From: Paramecium tetraurelia
Taxonomy: Eukaryota
Reading direction: 5' to 3'
Assembly (NCBI GenBank): GCA_000165425.1
Contig: CT868552.1
Span: 62,001-126,000, forward strand
DNA length: 64,000 bases
Each line of letters begins with the position of its first letter. Position 1 is the first letter of the stretch. Shown here piece after piece: positions 23,447 to 36,626 of the stretch. The position numbers and the translations under genes were made by a program. The notes below the pieces were generated by a model. It was not told the DNA's origin. It worked only from the letters and a program-made list of their open reading frames with translations, and made no database searches.

Positions 23447-26139
23447 TCATTCTTACTCTATTTCTTTTTCTTCATTTTCCTTAACATTTTAAGAATTGTC
23501 CTCTTCTTCTTTTTACTCAATTTGTTATTATTCTTGTTCCTATTAATTTTCGATTTCTTATTTTTCTTCATTTAATTCTGATTCCAATTAAATTTGATTT
23601 TATTGGTTCTCCTCAAAGTTATTTTCCTCTACGACATTTTCAGTGTTATCAATAACTTATTTAATTTCTTCTTCTTCTTATTATGCTACTTATTCAATAT
23701 TAGTGGTATTTTGTTCAATATGATTGCTCTTTTCAAATTGTTCTTCTAAAATCATGATTTCTTGATTTTGAGCTACTTAATTTTATTCAGGAACTGAACC
23801 ACTTTCTTGTTATTATTCTTCATCAGCTAAAGTTTATGATTATTATTATTATTGTTGTTGTTATTACTATTGTATTTGTGGTTATTCTGGTTGTTGGAGT
23901 TTAACTTAACTTTAGGTCAATTAAGTTATTTGACTTTTTAATTAACTAAATATTGTTATATGTAGTACTTTGTGATGGGATACTTCTTGTTATTTAAAGA
24001 GTTCAATACAACGTTATCTTTAGTCAATAAATTCCAAAGAGTTTAAATAGAAGTTTAATCTCTAAACAAACCATCTTTTTCTGATGTTTTTGGTTTAAAT
24101 AAGTGTTTCTGAAGAACTTTAGCAACTGAAATACGGACATTCTTGATTGGATCCTATCCCAAATTTATGAAAGCTTCAAGAAAATCAACTTGAAACTATT
24201 CGTATTTCATTAGTTTTTCACACATGATGACAAAACTATTATGAATAGATCAAATACCTTTATCTTTAATTGAACATATTACTATTGGCAAAACCTAGAA
24301 TGTTTTATTTCAGAACACTGAAATATAATTCGTTTTGACTTTTTTGAAATTTATCATAAAGTTCAAAGATTTGTTTGGCAGCCTAATTTAAATTAAAATA
24401 GTTACTGCTTTTCTAACAGCATAAACATTATCATTACACAATTTAGTTGAAACTGGAAGTATTATAGAAAATACAGTCTCAACATCAAACACTTGAGCCA
24501 AGTGTGAAATTTATTTAGCAATTAGTTCTCTGATTCTCCATTTCTTTTAGTCCTTCTAAATAATCAGTAAAATATCAATCAGAGATGCTCTCTTAGATTC
24601 TTCAATGGCATCAAAAAATAAGCTCAGGTTCTCAACTGCCCCGTGTTTGATTTCATCATTGGGATCTTGTAGCAATTGTTCCAAGACTTTGAGCAATTCT
24701 GAGTAGGCCAACTAGGGTCCCAACAATTTAGCTAACACATGTATACTACAAGCCAAAGGTTTTTTGACTCTCAAAGAAATATGATGTATCTATACCTTAT
24801 CTTTATGATTAATCAATTTCATAAACAATTTGCTAAGTTGAGGCCACTTTTTCTCAGTGTACACTTAGAGGACAGCTGGGAAATACAATGCACATTCAAT
24901 AACGATCTTCAATACATAATTGAGTTTACTTCATTATCGATTCCCAATTCTCTAATGTCAGAATCATTCATCTTCAAATAGAATTCTAAAAGTTTATCAT
25001 TGATATTTTCTGATTTAGTGATTATTGATATGTATTTGCCTAATTATTTGTATGCGTGCTATTTGACCCATTTATTTTAATCACTTGTTTATTTTTAATT
25101 GTATTATATACTCTAATAATGCCAGTAACCTTCCAGTTATCAAATCAAAATTTTCTGTGTCTGTCTGCTCAGCTAATCTAACTATGATATCAAGACAGGC
25201 CTTCCTTGTTTACCAGGTTCTCTCTTCAGTTTTCCTTAATTAATCGATTCATCAAATTACTTAGAGAAGAATGGGATTAGTCTATGTTTAATGAAATCCT
25301 TAGAGAGAACTTTAGCTATGTTAGCCAATTGAAGAACGGCCTCTTTGCGTATTGGTTGTTTGGCATCATCTCCTTTGGATAGGATTTCCAAGGCGATGAA
25401 TGACTCCGACAATTCAGGTCCGAAATCTGCAGCCAGTTAACCGAATAACTACAAAATACATCATGTCATTAACTTTAACGGCAATTATAACATTCTCGTC
25501 GTTGTTGTCATCATGAGCCATCTGAATAACTTGGGTCAGAATGAGATTTCCTCTGTCTCTTTCATTTAGTTCTTTGGCAACTATGCTTATAGAATTTCCT
25601 GCCTATTCTTTGATCTTATCATAAATCTATTGATTACATCAAAATTATTAGATTTTAACAATTCCTATAGAGCCTTAACTACATGTTGTTTTATGAGTTC
25701 TTAACTGTTTTATTTGGTCTTTAAAAGCACACAGATTTACTCTAATTGGGCAATAAAATTTTTCTTAATTTCATCAGCATCTTCTAACTACAAATTAACA
25801 CTTCATTTTACTATCTGCTGAATGATCGTATTTAAATTGTCAATTGCAGAATCCCCTATCCATGATATTAGTTCTCCTAATCTTTTAGTAAAAGCAAGTC
25901 TATCGTTAACACTTAGTTTACCTCTCTTTGTAATGGCAATCTTTTAGCTTCATGAGTTTCTCCAACACAATTTAAGGGTTTTCATCAATAAATACTGCAT
26001 CCTCCTCTCTTCTTTAAATCTATTGAACTGGAATATATTCTTCTCTATAAATTTCCTAAACGATGCTTCCTGTATCTAAATTAATAATCAAATCATCATA
26101 GATACCAACAGGAGGATTTTCCTTTGGAGAAATTTACAT
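23447..26139 (-). CDS. HEAT-repeat phosphatase scaffold, PP4R1-like (PP2A-A superfamily)
   Basis: PIRKEAV, WQTRKAC, KWVKQHAYKQLGKYI, FPAVL, KWRIRELIAKQI, DNVYAVRKA, DPIKNVRISVAK; Q/E-rich tail. Confidence 0.85.
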
Positions 26140-26318
26140 ATCCTTTAATATATATATTTATTAAATTTTAAAATATTGTATTGCCATTATATTCAACATC
26201 CACAATAGATGCTAAATCATAACTCACTTAGTGATTCTAATTTACTGAAACCCTCTCTACTCTCAGAATGACAACACTTGGAAATCATAATAATAATCAT
26301 TCAATTTTATACAATACA

Positions 26319-27164
26319 TCAATCATCTTCATCATCATCGTCATCATCATCATCTTCTTCATCTTCTTCATCAAAGTCATCATCCTCCTCCTCATCCTTC
26401 AAATCTAAATAATAAGCCAAAGATTATGGAATTATTTCTTCGATTATTGCTTCTCCTATTTCAAGATCAGCTGTAATTTTCTCTTCCTTTTGTAATTCTT
26501 CTTCGTCTGTTTGTGCAGGAGCAATGTCATCAAAGAATTTAAAGAATGATTTCAATTTCACTTCTGTCTCAATAATTCTGGTTTAGTTGGTTTTCTTGTT
26601 TCTTTACTTCTTCTTCTTTATTGTCTTTGTAACATTCTTACCTTCCTTCCAATTTATTGATGTTCCATTGCACTTGTAAGGTAATTCGCTTTCTTCATTG
26701 TTGTAAATAAATTCCTTCTCCAACACCTTGTTATCAAAGTATTAGTTGGGATTGAACTCAAATCTTAACTTAAAATCCCTGTCATTATCACCAAAACTAG
26801 AGGTAATACTCTTCAAATATGCTAGTACATCTGCATCCTTCTATGTAATTCTCGATCCTGTGATACCTGCATGTTATAATACTTTTGACCAATAATCAGT
26901 GATTGGCTCAGCTTCCTTAATAGTTGAATCCTTCATTTCTTCCTCAGTAGGTTGTCTTGTTCCATTAGCCAAAGCATTTACTTCTGACAATTCTGGAATA
27001 CAATTCTTTATGTGATCCACTGTTGCTTTATTCACATTTTCGGCGTATTGTTTTTCCAAATTTCCCCATTTCTTCACATAATGAATTAAAGCAAGTGCTT
27101 TTGATAAATCTTCTGGCTTGAATTTTTGCTTGACAGCCTCAATCACTCCTTAATCAATAATCAT
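26319..27164 (-). CDS. NAP1: nucleosome assembly protein (NAP1 family)
   Basis: ITDYWSKVL, DADVLAYLKSI, FEFNPN.YFDNKVLEKEF, GTSINWKEGKNVTK, SFFKFF, DLEIGEAI, D/E-rich tail; start codon uncertain. Confidence 0.92.
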
Positions 27165-27506
27165 AAAAAATTAACCTTAATTTATTTTATAATTGCACTT
27201 ATAAATTAAAGAACATTAAAATGGTGAAAAATATATTTTTATCTTAACTTTACAATTACTTTTTTGATCAATTAATCTTTCAGAATCTTATGATAACTAA
27301 AAAAATTAAGTAATTCTATTTTATTTAATTCTCATTTTGGATATTAATATAAAAGTAAAATTAGAAACATTCTGAAAAATATACCATTTTTACAACAATC
27401 AATTAGATTATTAGAATTATAATCTGCATAATAGAGAGTTCTTATTGGATTAATTAATTCTAAAGGTAAGTTGAATTGTATGTTTACTTATTATATTAAT
27501 TAAGTT

Positions 27507-28735
27507 ATGAATAATAATTCAGAAGATTAGATGTAAGGAAAATTATTATCATTTTGCTAGTGACATTTCAAATGAAAACCTAAAAGCTTGTCCTGATAAA
27601 AAATTACACCATTTTGATTAAGAATGGGCAAATTATGCTAATAACCCTTCTCCTCATTTCACTCCCTCGTAATTCTTTAATGCTCCTCATACAAACCTGC
27701 CTCCCTTAAATTTAGAAAAAAGTTCATAGTTCCCTTATATCAAGGTTATGATGATGACTAAGACAAATAAGGTAAGAAAATCCCTTTCGAAAATTTTCTG
27801 CTCATGATCCTCAACAAGATGGTAATGAAGAAGACCCCAAATAACTACATCCATAATACCCAACCTATTATTAACCATACCCAATGAAATATCCTCCCCA
27901 CCCTTCCCAATTTTTTATGCCTCATTATCCACATCCCATTCCTTATTGGTATAGGCCACCTGTATATTTTCCTCAATATGATGGATAACAATACTAAAAC
28001 ACATTGTCCAAAGAACTTCAATCGAAAGTCAGCCAATTAGTTTAATATTAGAAAGTGTCACATTTTGCTTGCAATTGTAAAAAAAGCAAGTGCCTCAAAT
28101 TATATTGCGAATGCTTTGCCAATAATTGGGTATGATTTCGAACTATATAGGTATGCTCTCAAAATTGCAATTGCTGTGAATGCAAAAACAGGATTGATAA
28201 TCCAAATGAAAGATCAAAAGCCACTGAAGAAGCTTTACTCAGGAATCCAGATGCATTTGCAGCAATATTAACTAACAATGGATAACAACCACAAATAATT
28301 TAAGATAAAACCTTAATTCTACCTTTAGAGGAAAAATCATAGAAAGAATCCTAAATAGATATAACCACAAGAAAAGGATGCAATTGTAAGAAATCTGAAT
28401 GCAAAAAGAAGTATTGTGAATGTTATAGCATCAATCAAAAATGCACAGATCTCTGCAAATGTGAAAATTGTCTAAACAAAGCTGAATCCTAAGAAGTCTC
28501 AGTTGATTAGTTATAAAAATAATAGAACCCATAAAAATAGATTATCTAACAAATTTAATAAGTTCAATAGCCAAAGGATAGCCAATAGAATTCTATCAAT
28601 AAAAAGTCAAAAACTATTCAGAAAAAAACAAATAAAGTTGGCGATCCCAAACAAGAACATTTTTCAGAATCCGAACAACATATAGTCAAAGTTAAATTAA
28701 CGATTACTGATAAATAAAAACGAAGGAAGTAATGA
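27507..28735 (+). CDS. tesmin/TSO1-like CXC (CRC) domain protein (LIN54-like)
   Basis: [16 protein letters not shown]...[14 protein letters not shown] hinge, [18 protein letters not shown]...CKCENCLN. Confidence 0.93.
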
Positions 28736-28804
28736 TTTGTTCATCTGTTTTTCTAATCTGTGTTTTAAATATCATTTCATAATTATAATTAAAAACAATC
28801 AAAT

Positions 28805-30597
28805 TCAATATCTTTTTGGAATCAAATAGCTTTCATTTTGATTTTAATATTATTGCTAATTCTTAGGTTTATCCTCTCTTTCTTAATATTGAGAATGCGA
28901 TCTCTAATATTGAGGATCTCTGTTAATCATAAATTTTGATTGAGAATTTTAATAGTAATAGGGCTGGTTTACAGCAACGTTGTATTGCTTCTGATCATAT
29001 CTTGTGAGTGTGTGTAATTAGGGTACTCTGTAATTCTTGGCATGCAAAGGAGTTCTTATAGGTATGGTTTTTTCGTATCTATCTCCATAACTCTCTGTAT
29101 GTACTCTAACTTTTTAATCAAAATTTAGAAAAACATCATCTTTATCAGGACTAACTTCTCTTGATTCTTCTTAAGTATTCTATCTAAAAGTATAGTTGCT
29201 AGATTGATGATGCGTTTAATTGCATTATTATTAAGTCTATTATTGTAAGGCTTTTTACTATTATTATTATTATTGAAATTAGGATTATTATTATTAAATT
29301 TATAATATCTCTTAATAGTATTATTATTTTTGTAATTCTTATTATTACTAAATTATCTATTCTTAAGTTAGTTATTACTAATTTTAAATTTAAGATAGTT
29401 ATTATTAATTTTAGATTTATGGTTGCTAAGAAAGTACTTATGATGCTTTTTGATTTTATTGTACTTGATTAAGATTGACTTATTATTGAATAATAGGTTC
29501 CTAAGAACTTTGCTTTTATTATTGTAGGTTTTTGATGAAATTTTCAAGTCTTTCCTTTTCCTGAGACCATATTTTAGATCTTTCAGTTAATTCATCTTTC
29601 ATTTACGTGTTCTCCTATTAGATCACTTTGACCTATTGTTGAAATGCAATAATCTGCTAATTAAAATAATGTTAGTATTATTATGCAATTGTTTCTTATT
29701 ATGATTCAATTTCTTTCTATGATAAGATATAAACATTACCAAAAATGAGTTTCTTAATTCACTAATCTGAAGGTTATAATTTTGTTCTAGATTAGCTATA
29801 CAAGATTAATAAGAGGCCTGTTCCTAATAGAGTTATTGCATAAATTGTTATTCTTTTAATTAATATTCCTTTATTGAATCGATATACTATTATTACTATG
29901 CTATTAAGACTTATTTTTATTGTTCCAATACCATACACTTTCTATGATATAAATAGTAAATTACTCATTAACTGCCTTAATTTCTTCGTTTCTTAAGGCT
30001 ATTTGATCATTTTTTTCTAACAGTTAATTATTCAATATGTCTAAGTCATTTAATCTTGTTTAGAGCATTTCATTTAGATTTTTGTTTTCCAAATAAAACC
30101 TATTAGAATCTGAATTCTATTTCCTTTTTGTTCTTAGATTACTCATCAATCAATCTACTACTTAATTATTCATTTGCTTGAGTGAGTTGAACTACTTTTT
30201 ATTAGTAATTCATTAATTTTTATTGAGACTCTTACACTAATAATGTCCGATTTGAATAATTGTTTTGTTTCATAATTTCTATTTCTCTCATCAAGCCGGA
30301 GTTTATTTCAATTAACTTTGAATTTTCTGTAATGAGTAATTATATTTTTGATTGCATGGAGGTTAGGTTTTTTTCATTATTATCGATCGGTTAATCCATA
30401 AGTCTAAAACTGGGTTCGGATTCCTCTCTCTTAATGGTTTTCCTTGCCCCTACTTATTTTGTAGAATTGTAATTATTTTCCTGAGTTGGAGATGTTAAGT
30501 GCGGATCTGGTGTTTCATTTAGATGCATTTGTAAAAAGTCTTAAAACGATTGCTTAGATTCTCTTTCATAATTCACTACTTTAAATGAATCTGACAT
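28805..30597 (-). CDS. Gln-rich coiled-coil hypothetical protein
   Basis: MSDSFKVVNYERESKQ...; long TAA/TAG-rich heptad-like frames with tiny introns; TGA 28805-28807. Confidence 0.7.
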
Positions 30598-30839
30598 TAT
30601 TTCGAATTCAAATATAACTAAATGTTAAAATATTTAAATTTAGAATACTGTTTATATAATTATTAAGTGCTTTATAATTTATATTTTTATGATCAAACAT
30701 ATATCCTTTTAGCTGATGTTTCATTAATTTTATGCTGAATATTGTGCTGCATTACCAACTAGTGAAGGGAAATAATTAATAAAGAATACTGCTTTAGAAA
30801 TGTTTTTGTGTAATTAATGTATTTTATATGAATAATGTT

Positions 30840-31277
30840 TCAAAGTCCTAATTCTTTGAAATTTGGATTTGGTCTTGAATATTCGTTGGTTAAGAAGTAT
30901 CTATTATGAAAAACAAAAACTACTCTGGGAAATATTTCTTAGCCAATCCATAAGAAGCATTCATTCTGACACACAATTGGAAATAATTTCTTGCATCCAA
31001 ACATTCAGGCACAAAGGAATCTTCAAAGAGACCAAATTGATTTTTGCAATGTGATGCCATTCTATCATAGAGATGACAAGCAAGTAATTAATTTGCCTAA
31101 TTGATAATTTGATATGAATTACTTTATATTCGACAAACTCAAATTTTAGATTATCCAACAATTTTACATGATTCTTAGTCAATGTTTAAAGGTTGATCAT
31201 ATTTCTGAACATGAAATCTGTGTAATAAGAATGTATGGGTTACCTTCCTCTTCCCAAACTTCGTTATAAATTGGCAT
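30840..31277 (-). CDS. twin CX9C mitochondrial intermembrane-space protein, NDUFS5-like
   Basis: After removing 3 tiny introns: ...CHLYDRMASHC KNQFGLFEDSFVPE CLDARNYFQLC VR..., two CX9C motifs with spacing and CH/G/EC/F residues like NDUFS5. Confidence 0.65.
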
Positions 31278-31344
31278 CTGTAATAATTTAGGATATATTT
31301 AATTATGAATTAAAAATATGAGTATTAAAAATTTATTAAACAAA

Positions 31345-32466
31345 TCACATTTATTTTTTTAATTTTTTATTGATGATTTAAAGTGTTTTAATGTTATCTT
31401 TGAGAAAAATAAGACCCGTTTACCACTATTCCAATACTTCCTCACTATCAAACAGTAACTCAATCCTACCATCATTTTAAGTAATGATTGACATAGGCCA
31501 ATATACAATTCCACAAACAATCCTTTCTTCTTGACTTAAAATATATCTGTTCGATATTTATTTCTTAATTTAGATACTCTGCTGAATTGTCTTTGGAATT
31601 ATTACTCTCATTATTTAATCCAATTGCAACAATGAATCAACTTGCTAAATAATATAAAATTTCTTACATTGACTCTCATTTGGTTTTTGAATTCAATCTT
31701 ATCCAAGTTTTATGACAATGTCATCATTCTAGGACAATACCCACAAACATTTGGATTCTGACAAGTAAAAGGATCGAATTCCATCTTTGTCATATTTGGT
31801 TTAGTAGAATTAAACCTTTTGAAAATCAACACACCTTTCTATAAAGGTTTCGTAATTCTGAGTATTTCTTATTCGATTGGGACTAAATAATTAGATTTGC
31901 TTGAGAGACATTGGGAATCCTTTGAATTATAATAGGTTTATCCATTATTAGTTGAAACATTACAAAACAATTGCTTTTGCTATATTTCTTTATTTAAGTT
32001 TGAATCAAAAGACTTAGACTTTTTGTGTTTTTATATCTATTCAGATAATGAATTTTATTCCTTAAATCTAAATACTTATGGTTGCTAACTCTTTTGTGTT
32101 TGTGGATTAGATGGTTAGTTGTTGAAAAACAAAGGTACGTATGGAGATGGTATAGAAATTTATTTCTACGTAACTTCATTTACATTTGACATTTGTAATT
32201 AAGATTGGCCTAATCTATTAGTAAATCTTTTAGTCTATTCCGATAGTGGAGCTGTGATGTTCTAGGATGATGTATCAATAATTTTAACTTTATTCAGGTT
32301 TAAGTAATTTTAATGAATAGGAGTTGTGTTGGGTTTTACTGGATTATTCCATTTTGGATTTATCTCTTTTTGAACTTAGTTATTCTTCAGTTATAGTTTA
32401 TAATCTAATAAAATCTATCTATTAAGTTTAGTTGTCTGTTGGTAGATTCTTTTAATTAAAATAGTT

Positions 32467-32530
<64 letters not shown>

Positions 32531-33993
32531 GAGTATTATGAGTATTATGAGTATTACTATTATTATGAGTATTAATATTGTTATTATTACTACTATTAAT
32601 ATTATTATTGATAATATTGTTATTATTATTGATAGTATTGTTATTACTATAAAGGCAAATTACATAGATTATTTTTAGACTTTTCTGATTGAAGTAAGGT
32701 TAAATTCAATTCATTAAAATGTTACAACAAAGAATCATCAGCAGATAATTAACATGCTGATGAACACTTAGAGTTTGTCTCTCCATCTATACCATTTATT
32801 TGTAAATACTATTGCAATTGACTAAAGTGTAATGAATCATCTTTATTTAAGTGATTGCTTAACACTCTCTTGGTTTACTTATTGATGTTGCTTAAAATAT
32901 TCGCGCAACTTTTAATTTAAGAATTACTATTATCGCTTTTTTGATCATCATTATCAATTTATGATAGGCAATCAAAGCCAGTTAATATTTCATTGTATAT
33001 TTCTTCAGTTTTCTGTTTATTTAAGATTTCTTATTAATATAGATCTTTTTTCATATGTTATTTCATTCAACTATTACTCTAATTATTAGTTCTCTTATTC
33101 TAGAACTTCCACTCTTTTTAGTAATTAAAATTTGGATTGATCTTCTTCTAAAAGATTATTTCTTATATTTTAAACTTGCAATTTCTTTTGATTCATTGTT
33201 TATTTCATCGCGTATATGTCTTCATTCAATGAATTGTCAACATAATCAATGTTCAATTGAATAGCTTTTTCTAATCTCTCGTGGTTTCTGAGTATCTGAA
33301 TAATGCCTTAAATTTTCTTATTGTATTAATGCGAGATTAATTGATTGATTTATTGATCCTGTTCTTTAAGAACCTATTGATACACTTCATTTCCATATTA
33401 ATTCTTGATAGTCTCAAATTAATGACCTTATATTTAGAAAATAATACTTTACCCCATTGTTACATATAGGTTGTCATAGCAAGCATAGTTTCCTAATTGA
33501 TTTTCTCCTTTAATATTTTATGTTGCTATTCTCTATCTCGAATCAAATCTGCTGTGTTGCCTGATAATTTAAAGGATGATGATTTTTTTAACTATTAAAT
33601 TTGTAGGTCTAACTATTCAATTTTAGTTGCAAAAGTAAACTCGAAATTGCTTTATATTTTATGGAATTCTATTAATTCCTCTAATTCTTCCACTTGACCT
33701 ATCAATTCGGCTCTTTACAATAATTTCCCATTCAAGTCTTCCATCAACATTGATGATTGCTCTTACAAAATTTATTGATCCTGTATTGCTTGTTTATACA
33801 TCTTGTTCAAACTTCCAACTGTTCTATCAATCTTTTTTGCAGTGTTTGGTATATAGGTGGATTAATAATTTGAATTTTCCTTATTCATAGTATCATTAAG
33901 CAAATCACTAATCCTTGAATTTCTTCTTGAAATATCTCTTGACTTACATTCAACATACAATAACGAAGGCTTTTTGGATTTATTATTAAACAT
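31345..33993 (-). CDS. coiled-coil protein with Q/Y-rich tract and C-terminal PH-like domain
   Basis: MFNNKSKKPSLL...; C-terminus KGVLIFKRF...CGIVYWPMSITQNDGRIELLFDSEEVLEQWQTGL resembles the PH terminal strand and helix. Confidence 0.7.
32470..32529. repeat. (TTA)20 microsatellite encoding poly-Gln on the minus strand
   Basis: Perfect 20x TTA, flanked by (TGAGTATTA)3; in frame as TAA=Gln. Confidence 0.95.
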
Positions 33994-34086
33994 AATGCAC
34001 TATTTTAAATAATAAATTCAAATACAAATTATATACTGTTACTTTGTATATAAATATATAATAAGTATAAACTCAAGAATTTATGT

Positions 34087-35017
34087 TCATTTCAGATTAA
34101 CATACACGGTTCTCTCCTTTCCGTTTCTCAAAACCACCATTACATGACTATCTGCATTTTCAGTTACTCCCAATAATTTGGTCACGTCCTTCCCATGCTA
34201 AATCGTCACTCCATCAATAGATCTTATTATCTCCCCTAATTTCAACCCCGCCTTCTCTGCAGGACTATCAGAATTTATTTTTATGATAAAAGCCCCTCCT
34301 TAATCAGAAGTCTTCAAAGTCAATCCCAAATAAGGTTTATTGACACTTTTACTGTTTTCTAGTCCCTAAAAGAAGGACGATGGCACCACTTAAGTCTTGT
34401 TTCTAAATTTTCCACTTATAATACCTAACAATTCTCCATTCTTATTTAAAACAGGACCTACACATTAATCAAATTCATCTCTTACTTCCCGGACTAGAAT
34501 TGCATCCATTCATCAAAATAAAAGGAAATGTTTAATTCAATGATTCCTCGCCTACTAATTTAATATCTAATGTGAAATTGCTATCAGTAATTGGACACTA
34601 ATGAAACTCCTTTAAGCCTTATTCATCTGTTCCTAAGACATAAGCATTCTATCCTATTTCATATTTCGAGAGATTAAACTAAGATTTCTATTGTTATATT
34701 TTTAAAATGGCTATTCCTTCTTCCACTTTCAATACTTCATAATTATATAGCTATCCATTGATTTATGCTGAGATTTATGGTTATTAATTTTCGAATACTT
34801 CAGAACTAGTAACTACAAATCCATTTTTTAGAACTGCACCTTATCCAATTATTCTTCCATTGAGAAAGAATTTAACGATCGAATTCTAAGTCTATTTGTT
34901 TAACATCTGAAAGATTTCCTCGCTTTGATTCTTTCTGCTTCCCCAATATATAAAGGAGGCTGTTGAGAATAATGCCAACTTAGTCATGTAATTTTGCTTT
35001 AAAATTCTAGAAAACAT
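34087..35017 (-). CDS. HtrA/DegP-like trypsin-fold + PDZ protein, probably catalytically inactive, with mitochondrial-type leader
   Basis: GQGAVLKNGFVVTSSEV, GIAILKI, NSSPGSPVLNKNGELLGI, PDZ KPYLGLTL...DSPAEKAGLKLGEIIRSIDG...VLRNG. Confidence 0.8.
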
Positions 35018-35457
35018 AAAGTATTATTTAATTAAAAAAATATTATAAAATATATTTTAAATGTGCTTATAATTAGGTTGAAATTGAAAACTGTAAAATA
35101 TATTGATTTAAAAACCTTCCTATTTACGCAAATAATGATATTTATTTTAGGGATGATGAAAGGAATCTATGCTTATGAAATAAAAGCACTATCATTTAGA
35201 TGACATAACATGAATAAATCCTCGAAACTGATACATTTCCATTCTAATAAATGATGTTTTCTTTTTAATATCATAACTTTCTATCCATTTTTATTTGTTA
35301 ATCACTACAAGGAGATTAATGATATGGCAGACATTACAAATAATGATATAAGGAGATGGTTGAAATCTATAAAGTACTAATATGGTATAGAGTTTGCTTA
35401 CATTCACTAGCAATAAATATTGATTAATATATTTATTAGATATTAAATATTTTAAAA

Positions 35458-36509
35458 ATGAAGGCTCTTTTCTGTTTAGGAGTTGGAATGTTGATGACTT
35501 AAAAGGACAACACTGTTCATGCCTGGTTGTACAGAGATGATATTGGTGCCTTTTGGGGTATCAAGGGATACGAAGAGCAAGTGACAGAAGTGGGTACACA
35601 TAGAGGTCATATGTCATGGCCATAATATAGATTCTTGGGCACATTCGATTCTGCCAGTGTTAGAAGAGGGTATGAAAAATAGTGATAGTTTAGATTTCTT
35701 GTTTTCTCTAGAAACTGTGCCAATTGTCATGGTATTGTGTATAAAAAATATGATGTTTTATTGGATAAAGTTTATAAGCAATTAGAGTTGGCAGCATTGG
35801 TAAGCAATTTCACAATTCATCCTGCTCATCATCACTTCAAACAATTCTACTATTAGGAATGGGACGAGAGAGATAGATATATCCATGACAGTAAGAAATT
35901 AAATTAATGACTAGGAATCTACCCTCCCTACTTCTCTTAAGATCAAGCCAAGAATGCCAACGGTGGTGTGTGGCCAACTGACTTTTCTAAAATCAGACTT
36001 AGACCTGGAGGTGTCAATTATATTTACAACATTTTGACCGGATATCACTATAAGCCTTACTAAGGTTTAGATGTTCCAAAAGGAAAGGCCTACAACCCTT
36101 ACTTTGATCACATGATCATTGGTATGGTCAGATAATTGCATGATGGTACGATATATAATTAAGTGTTAAGGACTTGTTGATTATGAGGATGGCACTCCAG
36201 CATCAACTCCACAAATGGCATTTGATGTCACTAATTTCATCCAATTTGTTTAAAGAAGAAGTGGTTTCCAAAGACCAGACAAGACTGTCAGATATTATAT
36301 GTTCTTAACAGGCATTGCTTTAATTTATCCATTCGCCTATTTGAAGACTAGAGGATTCTACAGAAACAATCTTTCCCTCAGGTATCTTTTCATCATAAAT
36401 CTTCAGATGGGAAATGTACGCAGTGAGAGACGGCGTCTATTACAATCACTTCAAAAAAGGATGGAAGAATTCCAGAGCTATTCAATTCAGAGGTCAAGTC
36501 TGGGCTTGA
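35458..36509 (+). CDS. CYC1: cytochrome c1 (complex III heme protein)
   Basis: FDSASVRRGFLVF, CANCHG heme motif, AKNANGGVWPTDFS, YIYNILTGY, YNPYF, DYEDGTPASTPQMAFDV, C-terminal TM. Confidence 0.96.
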
Positions 36510-36626
36510 TTTATATACATTATTAAAAATATTGCAAATATTATTTCTATGTACTCCATTATCGATCATTTCATGTCTTTGTATCAAATTCAAATTTATA
36601 TATTACATAATTATATACTCTCTAAA

